Assembly (NCBI GenBank): GCA_051746405.1
Contig: JBNJFB010000051.1
Coordinates: forward strand, 1-15,814
Direction of reading: 5' to 3'
DNA: 15,814 bases
Source of the DNA: Campylobacterota bacterium
GTDB taxonomy: Bacteria > Campylobacterota > Campylobacteria > Campylobacterales > Arcobacteraceae
Below the pieces are notes generated by a model. That model made no database searches. It was not told the DNA's origin and was given only the letters and a program-made list of their open reading frames with translations. This document shows, piece after piece, positions 7,441 through 15,129 of this stretch (position 1 is its first letter; each line of letters begins with the position of its first letter). Both the position numbers and the translations under genes were made by a program.

Positions 7441-8672
7441 AAATCACATCCAAGAAGTTTTCCAATAGTTACTGCACTATGTAAACCATCTTCATGGAAT
7501 CCATATCTCCAGTAAGCCCCTGCGTAGTAAGTGTGATTAACACCACTTATTTGCTCTTTTTGTTTTTGCATATTTATTGCATTTATATCAAATTGTGGGT
7601 GCGAGTACTCAATTTTTTCTATTGCATTATCTATTTTGTCTAACTCATTTAATGATACAAAGTACTCTTTCTTTGTTTTTAGATTTTGTAATCTATTTAT
7701 CCAGTATGTTAAAGTGACATTTTTATCTTCATAGTCACTTTTATAGTTCCATGCTGCATAAATGTTTTTATTTGGGTACATTATAGAGTTATCATTGTGA
7801 AGAAGTGCGCTATTTTTTTTGTATTTAAAAGCACTTAATATCTCTTTTTCTTTTGTTGTTGCATCTGCTAATATATTTAATGCATCACAAGCATGCATTG
7901 CTAAAACTACTTTGTCATATTTTAAAACTTTATTGTCTCTAAAAACTAACTCAACGCCAGTTTTCAAACGTCTAACTTCTTTAATATCACAATTTTTAAT
8001 AGTTTTTCCAGATATTTTATCTAGTATTTTATTTACATAATTTATACTTCCATTTGATACGGTTAGCCATTGGTGGTGAGTATTAACTCCTAATAACCCA
8101 TGATTTTTAAAAAAATTCAAAAAAGTTCTTGCTGGAAACTCATTCATTTTATTGCTTGGGGTTGACCATATTGATGCACCCATTGGTATTAAATATCTCT
8201 CTTTAAATGGTGTTGAAAACTCTTTTATATACTCACCTAAACTTTTATCTAAATCAAAACTATTATTTTGTAAATCTTTATTTGCTTTTTTATTAAATCT
8301 AATTATGTCATTAATCATTTTGTAGTGTGAGGGTAGAAGTAAATTTCTCTTTTGAAAAAAAAGTCCACTTAAAGATTCACCATTATAAGCGATATTTGTT
8401 TTTTTATCCCAAAAGGCAAAACTCATATCGCTTTTTTCTATTTTCACATCAAGTTGTTTAAATAGTTTAGTTAATAGAGGGTATGTTTCGTTGTTAAATA
8501 CCAAAAAACCAGTATCAACACCAAATGTTCTGTCGCCTTGTTTAACTTGTGTAGTTCTTGCATGTCCACCAAATCTGTTATCCTTTTCATACAAGTCAAC
8601 ATGGTGTTTTTTACTTAAGATGTATGCACTACCCAAACCACTTATACCTGCTCCTAGTACTGCTATTTTCAT
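7437..8672 (-). CDS. FAD-dependent oxidoreductase, amine oxidase/dehydrogenase family (UfaD-like by context)
   Basis: Rossmann motif KIAVLGAGISGL, plus GGHART, VDTGFLVFNNETYP, FFKNHGLL, AAWNY, TYWINRLQ, YSHPQF and YGFHEDG. AAGGA RBS; ATGA overlap with the next gene. Confidence 0.92.
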   Translation of the reverse strand: MKIAVLGAGISGLGSAYILSKKHHVDLYEKDNRFGGHARTTQVKQGDRTFGVDTGFLVFNNETYPLLTKLFKQLDVKIEKSDMSFAFWDKKTNIAYNGESLSGLFFQKRNLLLPSHYKMINDIIRFNKKANKDLQNNSFDLDKSLGEYIKEFSTPFKERYLIPMGASIWSTPSNKMNEFPARTFLNFFKNHGLLGVNTHHQWLTVSNGSINYVNKILDKISGKTIKNCDIKEVRRLKTGVELVFRDNKVLKYDKVVLAMHACDALNILADATTKEKEILSAFKYKKNSALLHNDNSIMYPNKNIYAAWNYKSDYEDKNVTLTYWINRLQNLKTKKEYFVSLNELDKIDNAIEKIEYSHPQFDINAINMQKQKEQISGVNHTYYAGAYWRYGFHEDGLHSAVTIGKLLGCDL

Positions 8673-8874
8673 CTTTTTTCCTTTGCTTAGTATGTTATTA
8701 ACATAAATTCAAATCGGTAAAGGTCAAATAATTCATATACTTAAGTAATGAATGCCAAAACTACACTTGAGTTATTTTAAGTAATTTTAAATCACCACCA
8801 ATTAATCTTAAAGCATTATGTTAAATACAAGAAATAGTAGTTTGTTTGTATAGTAAGTATTTAACAATAAATGC

Positions 8875-8903
8875 AAAAAAGTAGTACGGGCTACCACGTA
8901 CTA
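8875..8903 (-). terminator. Rho-independent terminator
   Basis: Minus strand UAGUACG-UGGUAGCC-CGUACUA-C-UUUUUU: 7-bp stem, extendable by GG/CC past a bulge, followed by six U. Confidence 0.8.
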
Positions 8904-9034
8904 AAAGTAACTAAAAAATTTAGGGCCAACAATCTTTCTTTGACTGACTTTAAAGGCTTAGATTGTAATAATGAGAACATAATAGCTAATTTATATGTTT
9001 TGCTCTTTATTGTTAGCACCTAAATAATTTAGTT
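8875..9034 (-). ncRNA. Candidate structured non-coding RNA (about 160 nt, three-way junction plus terminator), family not recognised
   Basis: Extended -10 TGTTAAAAT (9041-9049) with an A at the expected +1 (9034). Predicted helices: P1 9014-9034 with 8909-8928, P2 8967-9011 and P3 8929-8966. Terminator hairpin 8882-8903 followed by U6. Folding was done by eye. Confidence 0.65.
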
Positions 9035-9040
9035 GATATG

Positions 9041-9086
9041 ATTTTAACAGTAAGTTTAGATTTTTAATAGTAAAAAACTGTAAGTT
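9041..9086 (-). promoter_or_regulatory. Sigma70 extended -10 promoter for the candidate ncRNA, with upstream direct repeats
   Basis: TGnTAAAAT at 9041-9049. AACTTACWGTT occurs twice (9046-9056 and 9076-9086, 30 bp apart). The same TGTTAAAAT sits upstream of the hypothetical gene at 10578-10586. Confidence 0.6.
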
Positions 9087-9110
9087 AATAAAGTTATTTC
9101 CTCTTAGTTT

Positions 9111-9872
9111 TTAATCGTTTTTTAAATTATGTCTTATTGGACCATTTCCTTTACCTAAATTAGGAGCTTTATAAATTGCATCATAAATATACTTTTTTGA
9201 TAACTCTATTGATTCTAATAAACTAGAACCATTGCTTAAATTTGATGCAATAGCTGTACTAAAACTACAACCTGTACCATGAGTATTATTCTCATTTGCT
9301 CTTGGTTGTTGAAAATACTCCAGTTTCCCATCTTTTGTTTTTAAAACATCAACAGCATAATCTGGATTTTCATCAATATCTTTAAACAAAATATTTGTAT
9401 TATAATTTTCACACAATAAGATATCTTCTATAAACTCCACATTAAAAAACTCTTTTGCTTCATATTTATTCGGAGTTACAATCGTACTTAAACTAAAAAG
9501 AGTTTTTAATTCATCTATACAATCATCCTCTAAAAGCTTTGAACCAGCTCTTGATATTGCAACTGGGTCAAGTACTATTGGTATATTAATATTTTCTATT
9601 TTTGATTTAAGCATTTTTATAAGATTTTTATTACCTAACATTCCAATTTTAATAGCTTTAATATCAAAATCATCTAAAATCACATCAAACTGTTTTTCAA
9701 TAAGTGAAGTATCTAACGCCATTACTTCAGTAACTCCTTTTGTATTTTGAGCTGTAATGGCTGTAATAACAGTAGTTGTAAAAACATTATGGTACTCACC
9801 TGTTTTTATATCAGCTTGAACTCCAGCTCCACCACTGCTATCACTACCTGCAATTGACAAAATAGTATTCAT
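9111..9872 (-). CDS. thiD: Hydroxymethylpyrimidine/phosphomethylpyrimidine kinase
   Basis: Motifs LSIAGSDSSGGAGVQADIKT, TAITAQNT, IKIGML, VLDPV, TPNKYEA, NTHGTGCSFSTAIA and GKGNGPI. Confidence 0.93.
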   Translation of the reverse strand: MNTILSIAGSDSSGGAGVQADIKTGEYHNVFTTTVITAITAQNTKGVTEVMALDTSLIEKQFDVILDDFDIKAIKIGMLGNKNLIKMLKSKIENINIPIVLDPVAISRAGSKLLEDDCIDELKTLFSLSTIVTPNKYEAKEFFNVEFIEDILLCENYNTNILFKDIDENPDYAVDVLKTKDGKLEYFQQPRANENNTHGTGCSFSTAIASNLSNGSSLLESIELSKKYIYDAIYKAPNLGKGNGPIRHNLKND

Positions 9873-9965
9873 TATTTAAATCCTTTATAATATTTCTTAT
9901 ACTATAGCTTAAAAATTAAGCTTTAGTATTTTTTAGATGTTAGTTTATCTGATTTGAATTCTATT

Positions 9966-10559
9966 TTAGTATATATTTATCTTTAAAATAGCTTGTATTG
10001 AGTCATCTTCATCTATAGTCTTTAGATTACTTGAGATTTTATGAGTTGATAATTGCCCTTGAATACTTTGTAGTACATGCCAAAATCTTTCATTAAAAGG
10101 AGTGTCTAACTCTTTTATTTTATGTTGTATTACTTTTTGTGCTATTGTTTCAATGCAGTGAAAATAAAAAATTTTATTTTTAGCTCTTTGTATTTTATAG
10201 TCTTTCATAATTTCTAAATTATTTACATAAGCTTCTTTTTCAATATCTTTTAAAGTAGACCTTTGTTCAACATGCTCTTCTTCTTCATCTAAATGTTTAT
10301 AATACTCTTGCAACTCATTGTTCATAGTATCTTCTAAATTAGGATGAAATCTTAGCAATAAATCTAAGATTTCTTTAGAGTTCATACTTTTATCTTTTAG
10401 TTTATGGGAGTATTTCTCTTTTCTTTCATAATCATGGTCAATAGCCTCAAGTATTTCAGCTGCATACTCTAAATATTTGTATTTATCCTCTTTGCCATCT
10501 TTAAAGTTTATTCCATGTTCACTAATCATTGGTTTTAAACCTGCATACTCTAATTTCAT
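9966..10559 (-). CDS. Hypothetical protein (197 aa, charged, probably helical)
   Basis: Long ORF with a strong AAGGAG RBS and its own TGTTAAAAT extended -10 at 10578-10586; no family motif recognised. Confidence 0.8.
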   Translation of the reverse strand: MKLEYAGLKPMISEHGINFKDGKEDKYKYLEYAAEILEAIDHDYERKEKYSHKLKDKSMNSKEILDLLLRFHPNLEDTMNNELQEYYKHLDEEEEHVEQRSTLKDIEKEAYVNNLEIMKDYKIQRAKNKIFYFHCIETIAQKVIQHKIKELDTPFNERFWHVLQSIQGQLSTHKISSNLKTIDEDDSIQAILKINIY

Positions 10560-10602
10560 CAGTGCTCCTTTAGCATTATTTTAACAAAGAAATATAAAAG
10601 CT

Positions 10603-11808
10603 TTATGAAATAGGGTAGTTTTCAACTATATAGTCTATATCTTTATCGCCTCTACCACTTAAGTTTACCAATACTGTTTTTTCAGGTGATAAATCTTTTG
10701 CTAGTTTCATTGCAAAACTAACTGCGTGTGCTGATTCTAAAGCTGGAATTATTCCCTCAAGTTGAGATAACTTATAAAAAGCACTCACAGCATCTTTATC
10801 ATTACAAAGTCCCACTTTTGTTCTTCCTATACTATTTAAGTAAGCTTGTTCAGGCCCAACTGATGGATAATCAATTCCAGAACCAATAGAGTAAACAGGT
10901 GCAGGCTCACCATTATTATCTTTTAGCATTATTGAATTAAATCCATGCATAATCCCTTCTTCTCCATATGTTAGTGAAGCAGAGTGTTCTCCTATTTTTT
11001 CACCTTTTCCCATAGGCTCAACTCCATATAAGTCAACCTCTTTTTCATCAATAAAGCCAGCAAAAATACCCATAGCATTTGAACCACCACCAACACAAGC
11101 TACAACACTATCAGGAAGCTTATCTTCATGCTCTAAAAACTGCTCTTTTGATTCAAATCCAATAACACTTTGAAAATCTCTTACCATCATTGGAAATGGA
11201 TGAGGACCTACAACAGAACCAATACAGTAAATAGAGTTATCAGGATCTTTTAAATAAGACTCAAAAGCACTATCAACTGCCTCTTTTAGTGTTCTTAATC
11301 CATGGGTTGCAGGAATAATATTTGCACCTAATATTCTCATTCTAACCACGTTTGGGTACTCTTTTGCTATATCAACTTCACCCATATGAATTTCACACTC
11401 AATTCCAAAATAGGCAGCTGCTGTAGCTAAAGCAACTCCATGTTGTCCAGCACCTGTTTCTGCAATTACTCTTTTTTTTCCTAAATGTTTAGCCAATATA
11501 ACTTCTGCCATACAGTGGTTTAGTTTATGTGCACCTGTATGGTTTAAATCTTCTCTTTTTAAGTATATTTTTGCACCACCACAATAGTTTGTCAAGTTTT
11601 TTGCAAAAGAGATAGGTGTTGGTCGCCCTTGAAAATGTTTTCTTACATATTTTAGCTCATTAATAAACTTTGGAGTATTTTTAATCTGTTCGTATGCTTG
11701 TGTAATTTCTTTAAAAGGCTTTTCTAAAACAGGGGGAATAAATGAACCCCCAAATTTTCCAAAATAACCATTTTTATCAGGATGTGATTGTAAATAAGAT
11801 TTATCCAT
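10603..11808 (-). CDS. trpB: Tryptophan synthase beta subunit (stand-alone copy)
   Basis: Motifs [27 protein letters not shown] (PLP lysine), [33 protein letters not shown] and NLSGRGDKD. Confidence 0.95.
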   Translation of the reverse strand: MDKSYLQSHPDKNGYFGKFGGSFIPPVLEKPFKEITQAYEQIKNTPKFINELKYVRKHFQGRPTPISFAKNLTNYCGGAKIYLKREDLNHTGAHKLNHCMAEVILAKHLGKKRVIAETGAGQHGVALATAAAYFGIECEIHMGEVDIAKEYPNVVRMRILGANIIPATHGLRTLKEAVDSAFESYLKDPDNSIYCIGSVVGPHPFPMMVRDFQSVIGFESKEQFLEHEDKLPDSVVACVGGGSNAMGIFAGFIDEKEVDLYGVEPMGKGEKIGEHSASLTYGEEGIMHGFNSIMLKDNNGEPAPVYSIGSGIDYPSVGPEQAYLNSIGRTKVGLCNDKDAVSAFYKLSQLEGIIPALESAHAVSFAMKLAKDLSPEKTVLVNLSGRGDKDIDYIVENYPIS

Positions 11809-11876
11809 AAAATTGTTTCCTTTATATTTAGTAACCAGTAATAAGAATTTATTATATAAAATAAGTAGTTAATCTA

Positions 11877-13853
11877 CTATGAAAAGGGAAGTCTTATTTC
11901 CACTTGTGTACATTTTTCAAAATATTTCCCATCAAATTTATACTCTATATTTGAAATTTCTATACTACCATTTAAACTCTCATTTATAATCTTATGTGTC
12001 ATATAAAGACCCAATCCAGTTCCTTGACTTTGATGTTTTGTAGTAAAATATGGGTCAAAAACTCTTCTTAAAACATTAGGTTCAATCCCTCCACCATTAT
12101 CAACTACTTGGATACTCATATAGTCTTTACTTTTTTTTGTGTTTATTTGAATAAACTTATCTTCTAAATCACTCTGTTTTAATGCATCTTTTGAGTTATT
12201 TAGTATATTAAGTAAAACTTGATTTAACTCATTTTCATAAGACACTATTGAGATATTTTCTATATTTTTTATTAGTTCAATAGAGTTATTTATAAAAGAG
12301 CTTTTTACTATATTTAAGACTTTTTGAATACTATCTTCTATATTAAACTCTTCTTTTGTTTTATTTGTTTTTAGATAGTTTTGAAAATCATCTATTGTTT
12401 GGGATAAAAATAGGGTAGTTTTAGATATATCATCAATTGTGCTATTAAAAGTTTTATCATCTAATGTATCAAACTCTTTTTGAAGTTTCATCCCAGTAGC
12501 TGCTGTTGATATCAAACTTAGTGGTTGTCTCCATTGATGGGCAATATTTCCTATCATCTCACCTAAGCTTGCCATTTTTGATTGCTGAATGAGTAGATTT
12601 TCTTTGTTTTTAATATCACTCATATCAATAATTGTAATAATATCACACTTTTGTTTATTATACATTATACTTTTTGATTTTATCATCACAGGAAATCTTT
12701 TATTTGATTTTTTTATACCCATGGTTTCATAAGTTTCTATTTTTGACATTTGTAAAACTTTTTGTAAAGAGTAACCATTGTAGAAGCTAAAAAGTGAATT
12801 TATATCTATATCTTTAATATTTTTAATATTTATATTAAACATCTTTAAAAACTCATCATTATAAAATAGTATTTTTTTATCTTTAATTATTACAATACCC
12901 TCAATAGTTAAATTTATAAGAGTTTTAAAGCTATTTACACTATTTTCTAAATCAACTTGAGTTCTCTTAAGGCTTCTTTGATAAATAATTAATTGTCTAT
13001 TCTTATATAAAATAACTGCTATTATAATAAATAAAGGCAAAAAATATTTCCATAATACACTATAATCAAATTTCTGTGTATACTCAATCTTACTCCATTT
13101 ATTATAAATTTTTTTCTTATCTTCTGGACTCATATTTGATAAAACTTTATTTATAATATCTCTTAAAATCTCATAATCATCCCTAATCATCATTTGTAAA
13201 TTAAAATTTACCTTTGTGTCCCCTGATATTTTTATATTACTATATGAGTGTTTTTGAATATTATGTACTAATACAGGGATATTATCAACAAATGCATATA
13301 TTTGATTGCTTGATAGTAGACTTAATCCCTCTTGCACACTATTTACAGTAACAAACTCCATTTTTGGATACTTTTGCTTTAAAAGTTTATGCGAAGAGTA
13401 GTTCTCTCCCACTCCAACTTTTTTATTAAAAAGTTCACTAAAGTTTGCTATATAGTTTTTATTTTGTAAAGTAGCTATTCCAATAGGAGCTTGAAAATAT
13501 ATATCTGAAAATACTGCATATTTTTCTCTATCTTTTGTTTTTGAAGTTGTTATTATAATATCAGTTTTCTTATTTTTTATATCATTTAAGGCTTTTGTGA
13601 AACTGTTTTTAAATATAAAATTACTTTTAATACCTGTTTTTTTTACAATATAATCCCAAAAATCAAATCCTAAACCATAAGGCTTGCCATTTTGCTCAAA
13701 GCTCATAGGCTCCCAGCTATCTGTATATGCAATATTTATTGTACGGTTTTTTATGAAATCTTTTTGTTTTTTTGTAAGCTTAATATCTTCATTTGCTAGT
13801 AGGGCTAGACTGTTTAATAGTAAAATTATAAGAGTAGAAACTATTATTTTCAT
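11877..13853 (-). CDS. Sensor histidine kinase with periplasmic solute-binding (SBP family 3) domain, TM, PAS-like domain, HisKA and HATPase_c
   Basis: N-terminal hydrophobic signal and SBP-type motifs (WEPMSF, KTKDREKYAVFSDIY); TM YFLPLFIIIAVILY; H-box SLGEMIGNIAHQWRQPL; ATPase boxes QVLLNILNNSKDA, DNGGGI, FDPYFTTK and GTGLGLY. Confidence 0.93.
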   Translation of the reverse strand: MKIIVSTLIILLLNSLALLANEDIKLTKKQKDFIKNRTINIAYTDSWEPMSFEQNGKPYGLGFDFWDYIVKKTGIKSNFIFKNSFTKALNDIKNKKTDIIITTSKTKDREKYAVFSDIYFQAPIGIATLQNKNYIANFSELFNKKVGVGENYSSHKLLKQKYPKMEFVTVNSVQEGLSLLSSNQIYAFVDNIPVLVHNIQKHSYSNIKISGDTKVNFNLQMMIRDDYEILRDIINKVLSNMSPEDKKKIYNKWSKIEYTQKFDYSVLWKYFLPLFIIIAVILYKNRQLIIYQRSLKRTQVDLENSVNSFKTLINLTIEGIVIIKDKKILFYNDEFLKMFNINIKNIKDIDINSLFSFYNGYSLQKVLQMSKIETYETMGIKKSNKRFPVMIKSKSIMYNKQKCDIITIIDMSDIKNKENLLIQQSKMASLGEMIGNIAHQWRQPLSLISTAATGMKLQKEFDTLDDKTFNSTIDDISKTTLFLSQTIDDFQNYLKTNKTKEEFNIEDSIQKVLNIVKSSFINNSIELIKNIENISIVSYENELNQVLLNILNNSKDALKQSDLEDKFIQINTKKSKDYMSIQVVDNGGGIEPNVLRRVFDPYFTTKHQSQGTGLGLYMTHKIINESLNGSIEISNIEYKFDGKYFEKCTQVEIRLPFS

Positions 13854-13922
13854 TTTTTACCTTAATATAGTAATTTCATAGTTTACTATACTAAGGATTA
13901 TAAACAAATTATTTAATAGTTT

Positions 13923-15044
13923 TTACGAAAACCATTTTTTCACTTTTTCAAACATATTCTCAAAGCTTGACTCATGAGGTTTACTTTCAACTCCAAAACT
14001 CTCTTGAAGTTTCTCTAACAATTCAGTTTGCTCCTCATTTAAAGTTTTTGGATACTCTATTTTTATTTGTACTATAAAGTCACCTTTTCCAAATCCTTGT
14101 ACAGACTTTACACCTTCACCGGGGAATCTGAACTGTTGTTTATCTTTTGCTCCTGCTGGTACTTCAAGGTCAAGTTCACCATTTAAACTTGGTACTTTTA
14201 GATGTGCTCCTAATGCAACTTGTGTGAAGAATATAGGAACTTCAAGATATATATCATCCTCATTTCTAACAAAATGAGAATCTTTTTTTACAGACATTTG
14301 AAGATATAAGTCACCTCTACTTCCATCAGGGGCAATATTACCTTTGTGTGAAACTCTAATTCTCATACCATCATCAACACCCTCAGGAATATCAACTTTA
14401 AAAGTATCTTCAACTTCGTCATATCCTGTACCTGAACACTTATTACAAGAATCCCCTACAGCTTGACCTGTACCTTGACATGAAGGACAAGTTTGAGCAA
14501 ATGTCATAAACCCTTGTCTCATATGAACTTGACCTTGACCTTGACATGTTTGACAAGTTGAGAGTTTGCCGCCTTTAGCTCCTGTACCTTTACATGAGTT
14601 ACAAGCTTTTTTATACTTATATTTTATATCTTTGTTACAGCCAAAAATAGCTTCATTAAATTCAAGATTAACTTCAACTGCTAAATCTAAACTATAGTGA
14701 TAAGTTTTTCTTTGTCTTCTTGAACCTCCACCACCAAAAGCAGAACCAAACATCTCTTCAAAGATAGAACTTAAATCATCAAAACCACCAGCAGAGAAGC
14801 CTCCACCTTGACCATGACCTTCAAGCCCAGCTTTTCCATATCTATCATAAATAGCTCTTTTTTCATCATCACTTAATACTTGATATGCTTCATTTACAGC
14901 TTTGAACCTATTTTCTGCTTCTGTATCATCTGGGTTTTTATCTGGATGATACTTCATTGCCATTTTTCTATAAGCTTTTTTTATTTCACTTTTTTGGGCA
15001 CTTTTACTGATCTCTAATACTTCATAATAATCTAATTCAGTCAA
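13923..15044 (-). CDS. dnaJ: Molecular chaperone DnaJ
   Basis: J domain (DYYEVL, YHPDKN), G/F-rich region and four CxxCxGxG repeats. TTG start with AGGAG RBS. Confidence 0.98.
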   Translation of the reverse strand: MTELDYYEVLEISKSAQKSEIKKAYRKMAMKYHPDKNPDDTEAENRFKAVNEAYQVLSDDEKRAIYDRYGKAGLEGHGQGGGFSAGGFDDLSSIFEEMFGSAFGGGGSRRQRKTYHYSLDLAVEVNLEFNEAIFGCNKDIKYKYKKACNSCKGTGAKGGKLSTCQTCQGQGQVHMRQGFMTFAQTCPSCQGTGQAVGDSCNKCSGTGYDEVEDTFKVDIPEGVDDGMRIRVSHKGNIAPDGSRGDLYLQMSVKKDSHFVRNEDDIYLEVPIFFTQVALGAHLKVPSLNGELDLEVPAGAKDKQQFRFPGEGVKSVQGFGKGDFIVQIKIEYPKTLNEEQTELLEKLQESFGVESKPHESSFENMFEKVKKWFS

Positions 15045-15088
15045 TTAAATGTCTCCTAAATAATTTTTTGTATTTACAATATGTCGCG

Positions 15089-15123
15089 ATTTTATCTAAA
15101 TTATTATAAAAATTAGCTATAAT
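15089..15123. promoter_or_regulatory. Divergent sigma70 promoters for dnaJ and recR
   Basis: Minus-strand TAAAAT at 15089-15094 followed by GC-rich CGCGAC (dnaJ); plus-strand TATAAT at 15118-15123, 6 nt before the recR ATG. Confidence 0.65.
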
Positions 15124-15129
15124 CTCAAC

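Noticed and set aside
7819..8040. 73-aa plus-strand ORF
   Set aside because: Antisense shadow of the FAD oxidoreductase gene.
8491..8706. 71-aa plus-strand ORF
   Set aside because: TTG start, antisense to the conserved Rossmann-fold region; no support.
8695..8730. Possible sigmaE(ChrR)-type or sigma70 -35 (minus-strand TTGACC)
   Set aside because: No convincing matching -10 at the right spacing, so no promoter class can be assigned.
8740..8760. Possible sigma54 promoter (minus-strand TTGGCA)
   Set aside because: The -12 GC is missing at the required GG-N10-GC spacing (TT found instead).
8909..9034. TPP or cobalamin riboswitch, SRP RNA, or MITE as the identity of the structured element
   Set aside because: It lies downstream of thiD and lacks CUGAGA (TPP), GGGAA/B12 box and the SRP GGAA-loop motif. 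No target-site duplication is visible, and the flanking promoter and terminator favour a transcript. 6S RNA is not excluded, but the fold lacks an obvious symmetric central bubble.
9906..9922. Palindrome AGCTTAA-AAA-TTAAGCT upstream of thiD
   Set aside because: It overlaps a likely -10 (TATAGT, 9901-9906) and resembles generic TTAA-rich promoter sequence; too weak to call an operator or terminator.
13684..13881. 65-aa plus-strand ORF
   Set aside because: Antisense to the start of the sensor kinase; no coding signal.
14432..14601. Repeated TGACCTTGAC/CCTGTACC-like motifs
   Set aside because: Explained by the four CxxCxGxG zinc-finger repeats of DnaJ; not a CRISPR or DNA-level repeat. No CRISPR array, tRNA or rRNA was seen in the window.
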